Assembly: GCF_006345805.1 (NCBI RefSeq)
Contig: NW_021829915.1
Span: 1-34,627, forward strand
Length of the DNA stretch: 34,627 bases
Source: Octopus sinensis
Lineage: Eukaryota
Reading direction: 5' to 3'
Shown here: positions 14,863 through 26,000 of the stretch, piece after piece
How the letters are laid out: the number at the start of each line of letters is the position of its first letter
Position numbering within the stretch: the stretch's first letter is position 1
The notes under the pieces: generated by a model
What the model was told of the DNA's origin: nothing
The model's input: only the letters and a program-made list of their open reading frames with translations
Database searches by the model: none
Translations under genes and position numbers: made by a program

Positions 14863-15448
14863 GATGTGAGGTATTTGCATTCATACCTAAAGAAGTTCAA
14901 AATAGCCAAGGCACAATACGTCACAACGTCGCCCCTGAGACTTCACCACAAGTTAAGCACTTACTCCCTCTTTCCTCTCTCTCTCTCTTCCCCCTCTCTC
15001 CCCGCTCTATATATGTGTGTATACATATGATCTAAATGTACATATTTATGCTCCTATCTCTCTCCCATTCATTCTCTGTCTATAATATATACATACATAC
15101 ACACATACACATGTATTATGTATTTTATATTGAATGATCAAGATAAAGAGTATAGCTAACTAATGTAATATAATAGTTTTCTTTCGCGATCCATACATCA
15201 CTACACACGATTGTACACGAAATCCCAATTTAAACATAACCAAGCACTAGATTCTCATGACAGATAATATCATATAAAAGGCAATATAGATGACGATTGC
15301 TTCGAGCTAAATGTACGAAAGACCACAGGTGATAAGAACGGACATAAATTTGGATATAAAGAGCAATTGCGAGGGCATTGAAATGGAAACTTTTGGTAAT
15401 AAAAACACCGAAGACAATATGATCCTGTAGTTCTCAGAACATAAAGTT

Positions 15449-15660
15449 TATATACTCACACAGTGGGAAATACAACGATACAAGTTCGCATCGACACACA
15501 GGCTTCCACAAAAAAGCGTTCAAGTACGCAATCACATACGTACACGCACACACATACAGATACAGACACAAGCACACACACACACGATGAAACACACTCA
15601 CACACAAACAAATACAAACAAAAACACTGATTGTTTATATATCCACATATGTGCGCGTAT
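15449..15660 (+). repeat. ~210-bp segment duplicated at 16765-16978
   Basis: atactcacacagtgggaaatacaa..caagttcgcatcgacacacaggcttccac..aagcgttcaagta..gtttatatatccac is shared by both loci. Confidence 0.85.
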
Positions 15661-15683
15661 GTCCTAATGAGTTGTGCATATAT

Positions 15684-15684
<1 letters not shown>

Positions 15685-15720
<36 letters not shown>

Positions 15721-16070
15721 TGGATGCACTATGTATAAATCTATGTGTATCTATGTATGAATACATACATACATACATACATACCACACACACACACACC
15801 ACAACACACACCACACATATATATATATATATATTATGATAGATAGATAGATTAGATAGATAGATAGATAGAAGATAGATAATAGATAGATAGATAGATA
15901 TAGATATATATATATACATATTATATATGTGTGTGTGTATATATATATATGTGTGTGTGTATATGCACACACACACATTTATATATATATATATTTTATA
16001 TTATATATATATATATATATGTATGTGTATATGTACATATAAGCATGCATATATATGTACTAATATAATA
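15685..16070. repeat. Compound TA/TACA/CA/GATA/TG microsatellite
   Basis: Direct reading. Confidence 0.9.
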
Positions 16071-16446
16071 GATGTGGCTACAAGCATGCGTATTTGAATA
16101 TTGTATACATATATGTGTGCATGTGTGCTCAAGGTAGTGTCTTAATGTGAAAGCATGTGTGTGTTTAGGTTACCTAATTAACAAGAATATATCTTGTGAT
16201 AAGAACACAGAAAGCTGAAAGCAGATGGAGAGTATTTAGGAACCCATTGGTACTTAGTTGTGATAAATAGAATAAGCTTCTGTCAGTTACTAGACAAGTA
16301 ATCGACAAAATACTGCAGTCTCACGCATGACTTGTTTTGTTTCTGGTCAGTTAGACCATAGTGGTGGAATTTAGAATGCGTGACTAAAAATTCCAACCAA
16401 GGGAGAAACTAAAATAATTACGTAGCGGTATGTGTGCATGGGTGTG

Positions 16447-16491
<45 letters not shown>

Positions 16492-16592
16492 TATATATAT
16501 ACATATGTATATGTGTATATATATGTATGTATATATGTATATACACATACATATGTATATTTATATGTACAATATATAATATATTATATATA

Positions 16593-17042
16593 GGCAGTGG
16601 CTGCTGGGTGGCTATGGTAAAGCTTGTTTCCCTACCACATGGTTCTAGGTTCAGTCCCACTGTGTGTAACCTTGGGCAAGTGTACTCTACTATAGCCTCG
16701 GCCCGACCAAAGCCTTGTGAGTGGATTTAGTAGATGGAAACTGAAAGAAGCCAGTTGTATATAAATACTCACAAAGTGGGAAATACAAATATGCAAGTTC
16801 GCACCGACACACAGACTTCCATAAAAAAAGCGCTCAAGTATGCATGCACGCACGTACACGCATACAGACACAGACACAGACAGACAGGACAGATTGCACA
16901 CACACACACACACACACACACCAATATATACACACTCACACAAACACACATGGTTTATATATCCACGTGTGTGCGTATAATCATGTTTGTGTCTCCGTGT
17001 TTTACCTCCACCATCGTTTGACAACCGATGTTGGTATGTTTA
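16593..17042 (+). mobile_element. SINE family C carrying a ~210-bp insert, 3'-truncated
   Basis: Head and core at 16593-16757. The insert 16765-16978 sits where (TA)n(TG)n normally lies. The SINE resumes at catgtttgtgtct..tgacaaccgatgttggtatgtttac. Confidence 0.82.
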
Positions 17043-17091
17043 CACACACACACACACACACATACAAAAGAAAGACGTGACAAAGGAATAA

Positions 17092-17220
17092 ATGATCATC
17101 TTATGAACTTTATTAGCTTACCTATGAAAATATAAGTTGTTATTCAGACTCTCAACTATGAATCCACTGCATCTTATAGCCGAAACAGGTGTAAAGTAAT
17201 GAAGTTCATAAGATGGTCAT
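17092..17220 (+). ncRNA. Decayed type I hammerhead-ribozyme-like fold (long stem I, damaged CUGANGA)
   Basis: 17092-17119 pairs with 17194-17220 (~27 bp, two G-U pairs, one bulge). TATAAG/CTTATA stem II. GAAAC-AGGT-GTA at 17182-17193. The 5' core reads CCTATGA instead of CTGANGA. Confidence 0.5.
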
Positions 17221-17314
17221 TTATTCCCATTCAATACTCAACCAACATTTCGTTCTGAAGCATAAATATAGCGAAATCTACATGGGGTTATTGGGCTCGC
17301 AATACCTAAGCTGG

Positions 17315-17475
17315 TGCAGGCGTGGGTGTGTTAATAGATGCTTGCTTCCAAACTACATGGCTCCGGGATCAGTACCAATGCATGGCATCTTGGGCAAGCC
17401 TCGTGCCAACCAAAACATTGTGAGTAGATTTGGTAGACGGAGACTGAAAGAAGACCGTCGTATATATATATATAT
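17315..17475 (+). mobile_element. SINE family C, 5' half
   Basis: gcaggcgtgggtgtg..gcttgcttccaaactacatgg..cttgggcaag..gtgagtagatttggtagacggagactgaaagaag, then (TA)n. Confidence 0.75.
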
Positions 17476-17793
17476 AGGAAACGATCAAGTATGGCGGCAG
17501 TCAATTATAATTTGAACGTACCGATCTACTTGGTAAAACTATTAATTAATTGATTAAATTATTAATTAATTTAATTAATAAATTTTACCCTTCTATTATT
17601 AATCTAAAATTATAATTTACTCCATGATAGAATACTGCAGTTTTTTTGCATACACGTGGGTATAGAGTTTGGATAGTATATTCACATTCGGCTCTGTAAA
17701 TTTTGGAAGTGTTGGTTGGACATCTGTTACATGACTACACTCGATTGTATGCATATTCAGTCATAGCACTTTCGAATTTTATAAATTGGAGAT

Positions 17794-17856
17794 ATTATAC
17801 TGAAGAGAGAAGTAAGTAAAATTTAAATCACTTTAATCTCGAAACGCGTATATAGT
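17794..17856 (+). ncRNA. Minimal type I hammerhead ribozyme (Penelope-like element type), canonical core
   Basis: Stem I ATTATA(17794-99)/TATAGT(17851-56). Core CTGAAGA at 17800-06. Stem II GAGA(17807-10)/TCTC(17837-40). GAAA at 17841-44. Palindromic stem III ACGCGT. Predicted cleavage after GUA at 17850. Confidence 0.75.
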
Positions 17857-18014
17857 TAATCCTGCTCGTGTTTATTCATTGTTTTTCTCTTTACCTTCGT
17901 AAAAAAGTATGTTACCGTCATGGAGATTCTTATAGTTGCAGAAAAGGAATTTTAACTCCTATTTCTAAAGTCGGTATGTAGTGAAGCAATTAGCTGAATA
18001 CTTAGTAGAATTAT

Positions 18015-18025
18015 TATATATATAT

Positions 18026-18072
<47 letters not shown>

Positions 18073-18162
18073 ATGTATATAGAATTATGTATATATATAT
18101 ATATATATGTGTATGTATGTATGTAAGTATGTATGTATGTATGTATTGTATGTATGTATTAT
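18015..18162. repeat. (TA)n/(TATG)n microsatellite
   Basis: Direct reading. Confidence 0.9.
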
Positions 18163-18279
18163 GTCTTTTCTTGTTTTAATTTCTTAAAGTCTTTCTTTAA
18201 CAAGGAGCTGATTTCTAACAAAGATTCAATTCCATCGTTGAAATATAGATAACGAAGTCAATGTCACATTTTAAACCTG
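18163..18279 (-). mobile_element. Second, short copy of the R4/Dong-like 3' end (last codons + 3' UTR)
   Basis: Aligns with 18303-18422 (ttttaatttctta..aaggagctgattt..aacaaagat..ccatcgttg..taacgaa..gtcaca.tttaaacctg). (TATG)n lies on both sides. Confidence 0.8.
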
Positions 18280-18302
18280 TATGTATGTATGTATATATGT
18301 AT

Positions 18303-18950
18303 TTTTTTTCTAATTTTAATTTCTTAGATTCTTTCTTTAAAGAAGGAGCTGATTTCGAACAAAGATACGAATTCCCATCGTTGGAATACAGGTAACGAAA
18401 ACAACGTCACAATTTAAACCTGATAAACGTCTTGCATTATTTTACTGTTCCGCTTACAGATTCTATTCGTAATCCGCGAGTAAGTTGTCTGATTTATTTT
18501 GCAGAAAATCAAAGCTTATCCAGACATACAGCTAGGTAATTACTGACAGAAGCGCACCAATTATAACCGGTATAAATGTAAATTTGTAATCCGGATATAG
18601 AACCTGGAGGTTTCGAACCAGTTGTCGATAGTCATCTTTTTTCTCTTTCAAAGAGATTTTCACATCAGTAGGACAGTTGGCCTTTATGACGGTACATGCT
18701 CTTTCTTGTCAGTCCCAAATAAAGATATCCGGTCTGTTATGCTTACACTTGACAAATGTTTTGATGGGAATGTTCCACCAGTATTCACCGGATAAATTTT
18801 TTCCGGATGGCATTGTAAATTGTTTTTGTGATGGCGTTGTGTCGCATGGGGAGGCAGTCTGAGGGATTGTTTGGTTTTCTTCATAGGTTTTCTAATTAAG
18901 CTTGGATAACGCTTAGATATCTAGTTTTGGTTAGAAAGTTTTGTGGCGTG
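18303..18950 (-). mobile_element. R4/Dong-type (restriction-like endonuclease) non-LTR retrotransposon, 3' relic
   Basis: Minus-strand translation LPMRHNAITKTIYNAIRK..YWWNIPIKTFVKCKHNRPDIFIWD*QERACTVIKANCPTDVKISLKEKKDDYRQLVRNLQVLYPDYKFTFIPVIIGAL..IESVSGTVK*CKTFIRFKL*. This gives the RH(N/D) motif after the zinc knuckle, the RPD catalytic motif and the P-x-x-x-GAL-type motif of RLE domains. Stop at 18407-18409, then the 3' UTR. Confidence 0.85.
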
Positions 18951-18957
18951 TGCATGT

Positions 18958-18993
<36 letters not shown>

Positions 18994-19007
18994 ATAATAT
19001 TATATAT

Positions 19008-19397
19008 CTTGTATCCCTGCCGTAAGGCTTCATTTCCACACACGCCAGCTTAATTTAATTCGTCCTTAGTCGAAAGATACCTGTTGTTCTATCCTGTTAT
19101 TATTTAATTGTATTTGTTTTATATTGTCCGATTTTCCCGTCCTTTTTTGTATATATTCGCTGCTTTCTTCCAAGAAATCTAATGCTCTTAGCTTAGTTTT
19201 TCCTTGGAGCTGGCCAGATTCGAGCAATATCGAGTATAAACAGCCGAAAAGGAGAAGATAATCTGGTACTTAACTGAGGACAGAAAACTTCGAATGACCC
19301 GTCCTTGTTTTCTTTGTATCGTCTATCTGGATGTTTTGCTGTCCCATTTTTGTATCACCTAGCTGTCCGGATGTTTGCGTTCTTGTCCCATTTTGTA
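19008..19397. mobile_element. Unclassified ~390-bp repeat-like insert between (TA)n tracts
   Basis: Bounded by (TA)n at 18958-19007 and from 19398. Ends in a short internal duplication (tgtatc..ggatgttt..tgtcccatttt x2). No ORF. Confidence 0.4.
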
Positions 19398-19680
<283 letters not shown>

Positions 19681-20785
19681 CGTCGCCTGTCATCATTTAT
19701 CTCACGGCTACGTGTGTATGTATTCACGCACGCGTATCTGTGTGTTTGCGTAAAGCTATATATGTGAAGGGCTAAATATAGACGTTGCTCCTGATCAGTT
19801 TCGAAGACAGTATGCGTTAAAATAACCACATAAATCATGAGGACACTGGGAACTAATTTGCTGTGTTATCATGTTGCCGTCTCGTATTTTGTTTCAGCGT
19901 TTTGGATATTTTTACTCGAAGCAATAAAAACTGTTCGCTTTTTATTGTTGATTTTTTATGTCCTATTATCTAAAAGACAAATACTTTACCGCAGAGAAAC
20001 ATTTCTTAAATGATCTTGTTCAATTGGTTCCCATTGAGTACGTCAATGTGTGTGAGTGTGTATTTGTGTGTGTGAAGGAGAGAGGGAGGGAGGGAGAGAG
20101 GGAAATGGAGAGGTAGAGGGAAATGGAGAGGTAGAGGGGGAGATAGAGCGAGAAAGAGAGAGAGACAGACAGACAGAGAGAGAGGGAGAGATATTTTATA
20201 TGCCGCATTGTGGAAAAGAGTTATGGTATTTAAGAAAGCTACTCCATATCAAGTCATTGATTAAAAATAGAAATATAAAAATATAAAAATATATAGAAAA
20301 TAAAATGAAGTAGCTTTTGAACACCTAAATAACCAGTGCACTAATGCGAAAAGGTCACCAAAATTACATGTAGCCAACTGGAAAATATATATACCCGATG
20401 GACGGACATTGGTAACTGAAAAAGATTATTTATAAGGTTAAACGAAATTTCATTGCTAGACATTGCAGACGTCTGATTTATCAATGAATGCACACAAATC
20501 CGCATCGCGGATAAAAAAACAAACAAAAAACAGAAAGAAGCCTCTTGTCTATCGCATGTTTTGTAAAAAGGAGCCATGGCTCGTTTTCAACATCGGGCAT
20601 AACGTTCACAGTTACGCCACGGCTCTAATGGCCTTATTAAGTAGTTTAAACATCTTGATTCTACTATACGTGAATGAAATAGTTACATAGTAATAGGTTA
20701 CATGTTGTATCCCTTTATATGTGGGTATCTAGTCTCGCAGCCGTCAAATTGATAATAGAATGATACGTTATTTGTACCCTATATG

Positions 20786-20835
20786 GCGGTTATGTCAAAC
20801 TCCAGGCCCGTGCAGCATTTTCATCCGGCCCGCGG
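20786..20835 (+). mobile_element. hAT (Charlie-like) terminal fragment, tentative
   Basis: tgtcaaactccaggcccg..ttttcatccggcccgcgg resembles the subterminal GGCCCG repeats at hAT/Charlie 5' ends. No second end was found. Confidence 0.45.
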
Positions 20836-21338
20836 CACCACTTTGATTTCAGCATGAAATTGGTTGAAATGGTAGCATCAGCAAATAGAGTACTTTGCTG
20901 CCCTCAGCAACACCCATGATTTCTTATTACAACTACATATACAGCAGGCCATTACATTATATATAGTACTGACTGCACTACCTCTCTTACTAAAGAAAGA
21001 CATCCACCAACTCTAAACATTAACGTGAACAGCATCTGTTTCCAATTTGGATATTCTATAAATAAAATAGATCAGAACAGCTTATCGGGTCGAGGCTATA
21101 AAGTCTACTCTCCATTGTATATACGAAGTAACTAGAGCTCAGTGCATTTAACCCTTGGTATCTATCCTGTTTCTTCTCTAGACATGTAGATAATATTCTG
21201 ACGGTGGTTTTTTTCTTTCGAGGGTGGGGCAATCTCCATATACACCATCTATAACGTCATTATTATGTGTGCTCAATGAAACGAGAACAGCATAGACATT
21301 TGAGCATCCCGACCACACTGGATCTCTTTCTTATTTCG

Positions 21339-21753
21339 TATTTCTTTATTGCTCAGAAGGGGATAAACATAGAGGGGACAAACAAGGACAGACAAAGGGG
21401 TCAAGTCGATTACATCGACCCCAGTGCGTAACTGGTACTTAATTCATCTACTCCGAAAGGATGAAAGGCAAGGTCGACATCGGCGGAATTTGAACTCAGA
21501 ACGTAACGGCAGACGAAATACCTAATTCTTTATTACCCACAAGGGGCTAAACACAGAGAGGACAAACAAGGACAGACAAACGGATTAAGTCAATTATATC
21601 AACCCCAGTGCGTAACTGGTACTTATTTAATCGACCCCGAAAGAATGAAAGGCAAAGTCGACCTCCTCGGAATTTGAACTCAGAACGTAGCGGCAGACGA
21701 AATACTGCTAAGCATTTCGCCTAGCGTGCCAACGTTTCTGACAGTTCACCGCC
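21339..21753 (-). mobile_element. SINE family A tandem dimer (full unit + head-less unit)
   Basis: The unit at 21523-21753 has the head ggcggtgaactgtcagaaacgttggcacgc. The unit at 21339-21522 starts at ggtatttcgtctgcc, the same junction as at 1379/1380. Confidence 0.88.
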
Positions 21754-22264
21754 TTTTCTCACAGGATCTTTCTCTGCTCGAGAGAAGAAATAACTTAATG
21801 CCAACGTCTACAAGGCAACTGCTTTTCCTATATGGCTATTTGTGTACTTCAGAAATTTTTACACACCACAGCTGTGGCTGCCTACACACGGAACGATATA
21901 GTAATTATATGCAATGAAGTAGATGAAAGGGCCACAAACACCAAACAGTCCAAAGTGTGTTAATGGATAACAGCTACCCAGATTCCTTTGCTACATATTT
22001 TCAACATCACTTGCTTTTTCAAAACTGACAGAGTAGCTTCTATTACTCATACAGCAATCTGCTCCAGGGAGAGATTGATTGTATAGCTGGCACACTGGGT
22101 CTTCTCCGAGAGAATTTGGGATCGGAATCAGGCCCATGCGCAGAAAAGATATTTACACATTCGTCAACTGACGTCAGTAATATGAAAAATATGCTTAACG
22201 GGCTTTAGTATCCGATCTTACATGTCTATCACCATTCGTAAACTGCCAAGTTAAAGAGCGCACA

Positions 22265-22334
22265 CAGACACACAGACACACACACACTGTTTGTACATGT
22301 ATATTTATGTATATTTATGTATATATATATAACA

Positions 22335-22373
<39 letters not shown>

Positions 22374-22383
22374 GTAATATATA

Positions 22384-22441
<58 letters not shown>

Positions 22442-22465
22442 ATTATATATATATGCATATGTACA
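22265..22465. repeat. (CA)n/(TA)n microsatellite
   Basis: Direct reading. Confidence 0.9.
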
Positions 22466-23224
22466 TACAAGCATCTTTCTTTAAAACATATCTGACATGA
22501 TGTCATGATAAGCGGATTATGGTTATTATCAAAATCAAACAAACTGAATGCCAGATATTTATAGATTAAACTCTATGGCTTACTGCACTAAATCCGTCCA
22601 TCCACAGCAAATAAAAAAATAAAAAAAAAGTACTGATCAGCATTGGTTGGTTGATTTGACACTACCTGTCTACAATGCTGATGTTAACCTTTCAAATATT
22701 ATGGTTTCATTATTTGATCTCTGCAAACGGAGTCAGATCGCGGGGGTTTTTTTCTCCTTTTTTTTTTAAAGGGAATTTCTAAATCTTAAATATTAGAAAC
22801 AAAAAGTAAATTAAAGAGTAAATTATTGTTCTTCAGTTGTGATGTTTTTGATGTTTCCGCTTGTTTTGATGCGTACATACATGTGTTCGGATATATGCGC
22901 CGCAAGCACTCAAGCAAACTGGGCTCTGAAATTGTTCCATCTGCCAAAAGCTTTGCGAGGTACCAGCAAGCCTCTAGAGATACATTTATGTCCATAGAAC
23001 ATGCTTTAGTTTACTGAACCATCATTTGCCGTTCACAACAACAGAATCCATCATATATATATATATGTATTTATATATATATGTGTGTGTGTGTGTTATA
23101 ATATATTATATATAAATATATAGACACAAATATTTACATATATATATATATATATACATATATATAATATATATGCATATACACACACACATGTACATGC
23201 CTATATATATATATATGCATATAT

Positions 23225-24021
23225 GGGTACGGGAGGTAAAAAAAACGTGAACAAAATGAGAAACGAAAACATTAAAAAAACAAAAGAATGGAAAACGAAC
23301 TTTATTTCGGACAACGAAAGAAACAAATAGAGCAACAAGGCAGGCACCATAAGCAACACTCCTTTTACCAGTTGTTCACTATTTTATCCGCTCCGCGTTT
23401 CGCAAATCAAATAAAATTTGAGATTTTTTGCGGAGGGTTAAAGTGGTAACAAAAACAGGACAGTAAGAACAAAACAATAAAAACAAACGGTGAGGGTTGT
23501 TTAGACATAACGAGGTGAAGTGGTGAACGTTGGAAAAACGAGGTTTGAGAAGAAACTGGTAAAAGCACGTCTTGTCTTTAGGAAGGAAGTGGAAGAAAGA
23601 AAGATAGATAGCCGTTGGTCACGTGTGAGCAACGAGGGTGAAAACAAGCTTTGAGAAGAGACGGTCAAAAGCACGTCTTGTCTTTAGGAAGGAAGTGGAA
23701 GAATGAAAGATGGATAGCCGTTGGTCACGTGTGAGCAACGAGGGTGAAAAACGAGCTTTGAGACGAGACGGTCAAAAGCACGTCTTGTCTTTAGGAAGGA
23801 AGTGGAAGAATGAAAGATGGATAGCCGTTGGTCACGTATGAGCAACGAGAGAGTCAAGGAGGAAGAGTGAGTGAGAGAGAGAGAGAGAGGGAGACAGAGG
23901 GGGGACGGTGAAGGGGACTCTATTTGCTTTTTTCGCTATTCGAAAAAAGTTCGTTTTCCATGCTTTTGTTTTTTTTGTTTTCGTTTCTCATTTTGTTCAC
24001 GTTTTTTGACGTCCTGTACCC
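23225..24021. mobile_element. 797-bp non-autonomous element with ~105-bp terminal inverted repeats and an internal tandem array
   Basis: The left arm 23225-23332 (GGGTACGGGAGGT..AAATAGAG) is the reverse complement of the right arm 23918-24021. Flanks are ATATATGCATATAT (23211-24) and ATATATGCATGTAT (24022-35). Confidence 0.8.
23535..23849 (+). repeat. Tandem repeat, 3 x 106-107 bp, purine-rich
   Basis: aaaagcacgtcttgtctttaggaaggaagtggaagaa recurs at 23561, 23667 and 23774. Confidence 0.95.
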
Positions 24022-24079
24022 ATATATGCATGTATATATACATATATATGTAGGCATGTACATGAGGTGATGGTGGTGG

Positions 24080-24200
24080 TGGGTAAATCGAATACATCGA
24101 CCCAACAGCGTTTATTTAATAAAAGATTTGAACCCAGGGCGTAAAGAGGCAAAAGAAACACTGCTAAGCAATTTGTCTGACGCACCAACGATTCTGCCCA
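24080..24200 (-). mobile_element. SINE family A, heavily decayed and internally deleted
   Basis: aaatcgaatacatcgaccc..gatttgaacccagggcg..gaaacactgctaagcaatttgtctgacgcaccaacgattctgcc. Confidence 0.55.
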
Positions 24201-24714
24201 CTCATTGTCTTGCCTTATTATATAAAACCTCAAATCGAACTTTGTACTTTAATGAAAATCTATTCAAGAAAGTTTCCTTTACATCAATTTTATCTTCAGA
24301 ATATATAACCAGAATTATACATATAAATATAAAACCAGGTCTTTTCATTTTTTAAACTAATTTTATTGAGTCTGCAAATAAATTCTTGAGGCTATCATTA
24401 CCACACTTACCAAATTTATATTCCTCTTCTGTTCTATAATTTCTTTTAAACTTATCGCATATACTACGGGTTCGTTAAGTGATTTAAATATGGAAGTATT
24501 TTTAACATTTTGCTAATCAAAATTGCGGCATCGTAACTAACATCTCGAATATTTATAGTATTTTGAACTCATCTAAGCAGTTCAGTGCTAAGTGATGCAT
24601 AAAATATTCTGGATGGATGGAATATAGTAATCGTAGAAAGACTTTTTAGATTATTTTGAAAGACAAAATTCTGTAATAAGTTCGCTATGAATTTAGTATT
24701 CATTTCACTCGCGC

Positions 24715-24825
24715 GTATACACACACATACATACACGCACATTCACACACGCACGTATCTGTAGGTATGTATGCATGTATGTATGTATGTATGTATGTAT
24801 GTATGTATGTATGTATGTATGTATG

Positions 24826-24859
<34 letters not shown>

Positions 24860-25325
24860 TGTATGTATGTATGTATGCATGTATGCATGCATGTATATAG
24901 TTTGTATGAGTGTATGTATATGCGTGTGTGTATATATATAATACTAATATACTAAGTTTATAGCTCATTTGACGAAAGTGCATTTTCACATGCATACATA
25001 CGTACACATACACACACGCGCGCGCACACACACGCGCGCGCACACACACACACGCACCTGTAGGTATATATGCATATATATATGCATGTATATATGTACT
25101 ATGCTTGTATGTAAGTATGCATGTATATATGTATGTGTGTGTGTATCTATCTGTATATATTTATAAAGAATGTTAATATACTAAATTTACAGAGGACGAA
25201 AGTGCATTTTCACATACATACTTGCATACATATGTACATACATACATTCATACATACATACATACATCATACATACATACATACACATACACACATACGC
25301 ACGCACGCGCGCACACACACACAGG
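24715..25325 (+). repeat. Degenerate local tandem duplication built around microsatellites
   Basis: cacgcac..ctgtaggtat(g/a)tatgcat occurs near 24750 and 25050. taatatactaa..gacgaaagtgcattttcacat occurs near 24945-24990 and 25175-25215. Confidence 0.75.
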
Positions 25326-25577
25326 CTCACAAACATAAAATAATGGTGTCTAGACGCAATACGAAACCAGAAAGTAAAGATTCAATTGTCAGTAATAGTG
25401 TTTCACAGTGCGAGATATCATCTACATTGCTTGAAACAAGAGTCAAAGACCCATATAGCCACTAAAAGCAGAAGGCTATGTAGTCACAGGAGCGTTAAGC
25501 GCCCCACAGCGAGAGATTGTACTATATTGGCAACCCAATTTCGCTAGCAATTGTGCTTGTGTGCATGTTTGCATGCA

Positions 25578-25629
<52 letters not shown>

Positions 25630-25955
25630 TGTGTGTGGTGTGTGTACGTGTGTATATATGCTGTGTATCTTTAACCTCATACTTGTTTCAGTCAATAGAC
25701 CGCGGCCATGCTGAGGCACGACCTTGAAAGGTTCAATCTTACAATCGATGCGTGTTCTTATTCGTGAAAATCCTGGTACTTATTCTATCGGTGTCCTTAC
25801 GGAGACGTAAATAAACGCACCTCGGATGTCAAGCGGAGGACGGGGGAAAAATAATGTTTTACCGAACAGCCGTGTTACGGAGACAACATCGGTTGTCAAG
25901 CGATGATGGGGGGGGGGGGAGGACACAAATGCACAAATATATGTAAATATATATT

Positions 25956-25986
<31 letters not shown>

Positions 25987-26000
25987 ATATATATATATAT

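Noticed and set aside
19274-19303. CTGAGGA..CTTCGAAT..GTC hammerhead-like string
   Set aside because: GAAA is broken (GAAT), stem II barely pairs, and there is no stem I.
22770-22836. Minus-strand CTGAAGA with a downstream GAAA (also at 24270-24300 and 33430-33485)
   Set aside because: No stem II/III pairing; expected chance matches in AT-rich DNA.
22786-23017. Possible exon (acceptor ttgttcttcag at 22836; open frames on both strands)
   Set aside because: Three frames are open for about 55-69 aa, the donor is weak (AG|GTACCA), and no protein family is recognised. Cannot be distinguished from chance without transcript data.
23535-23849. Regularly spaced repeats suggesting a CRISPR array
   Set aside because: Units are contiguous 106-107-bp copies with no unique spacers, in eukaryotic context with no cas genes.
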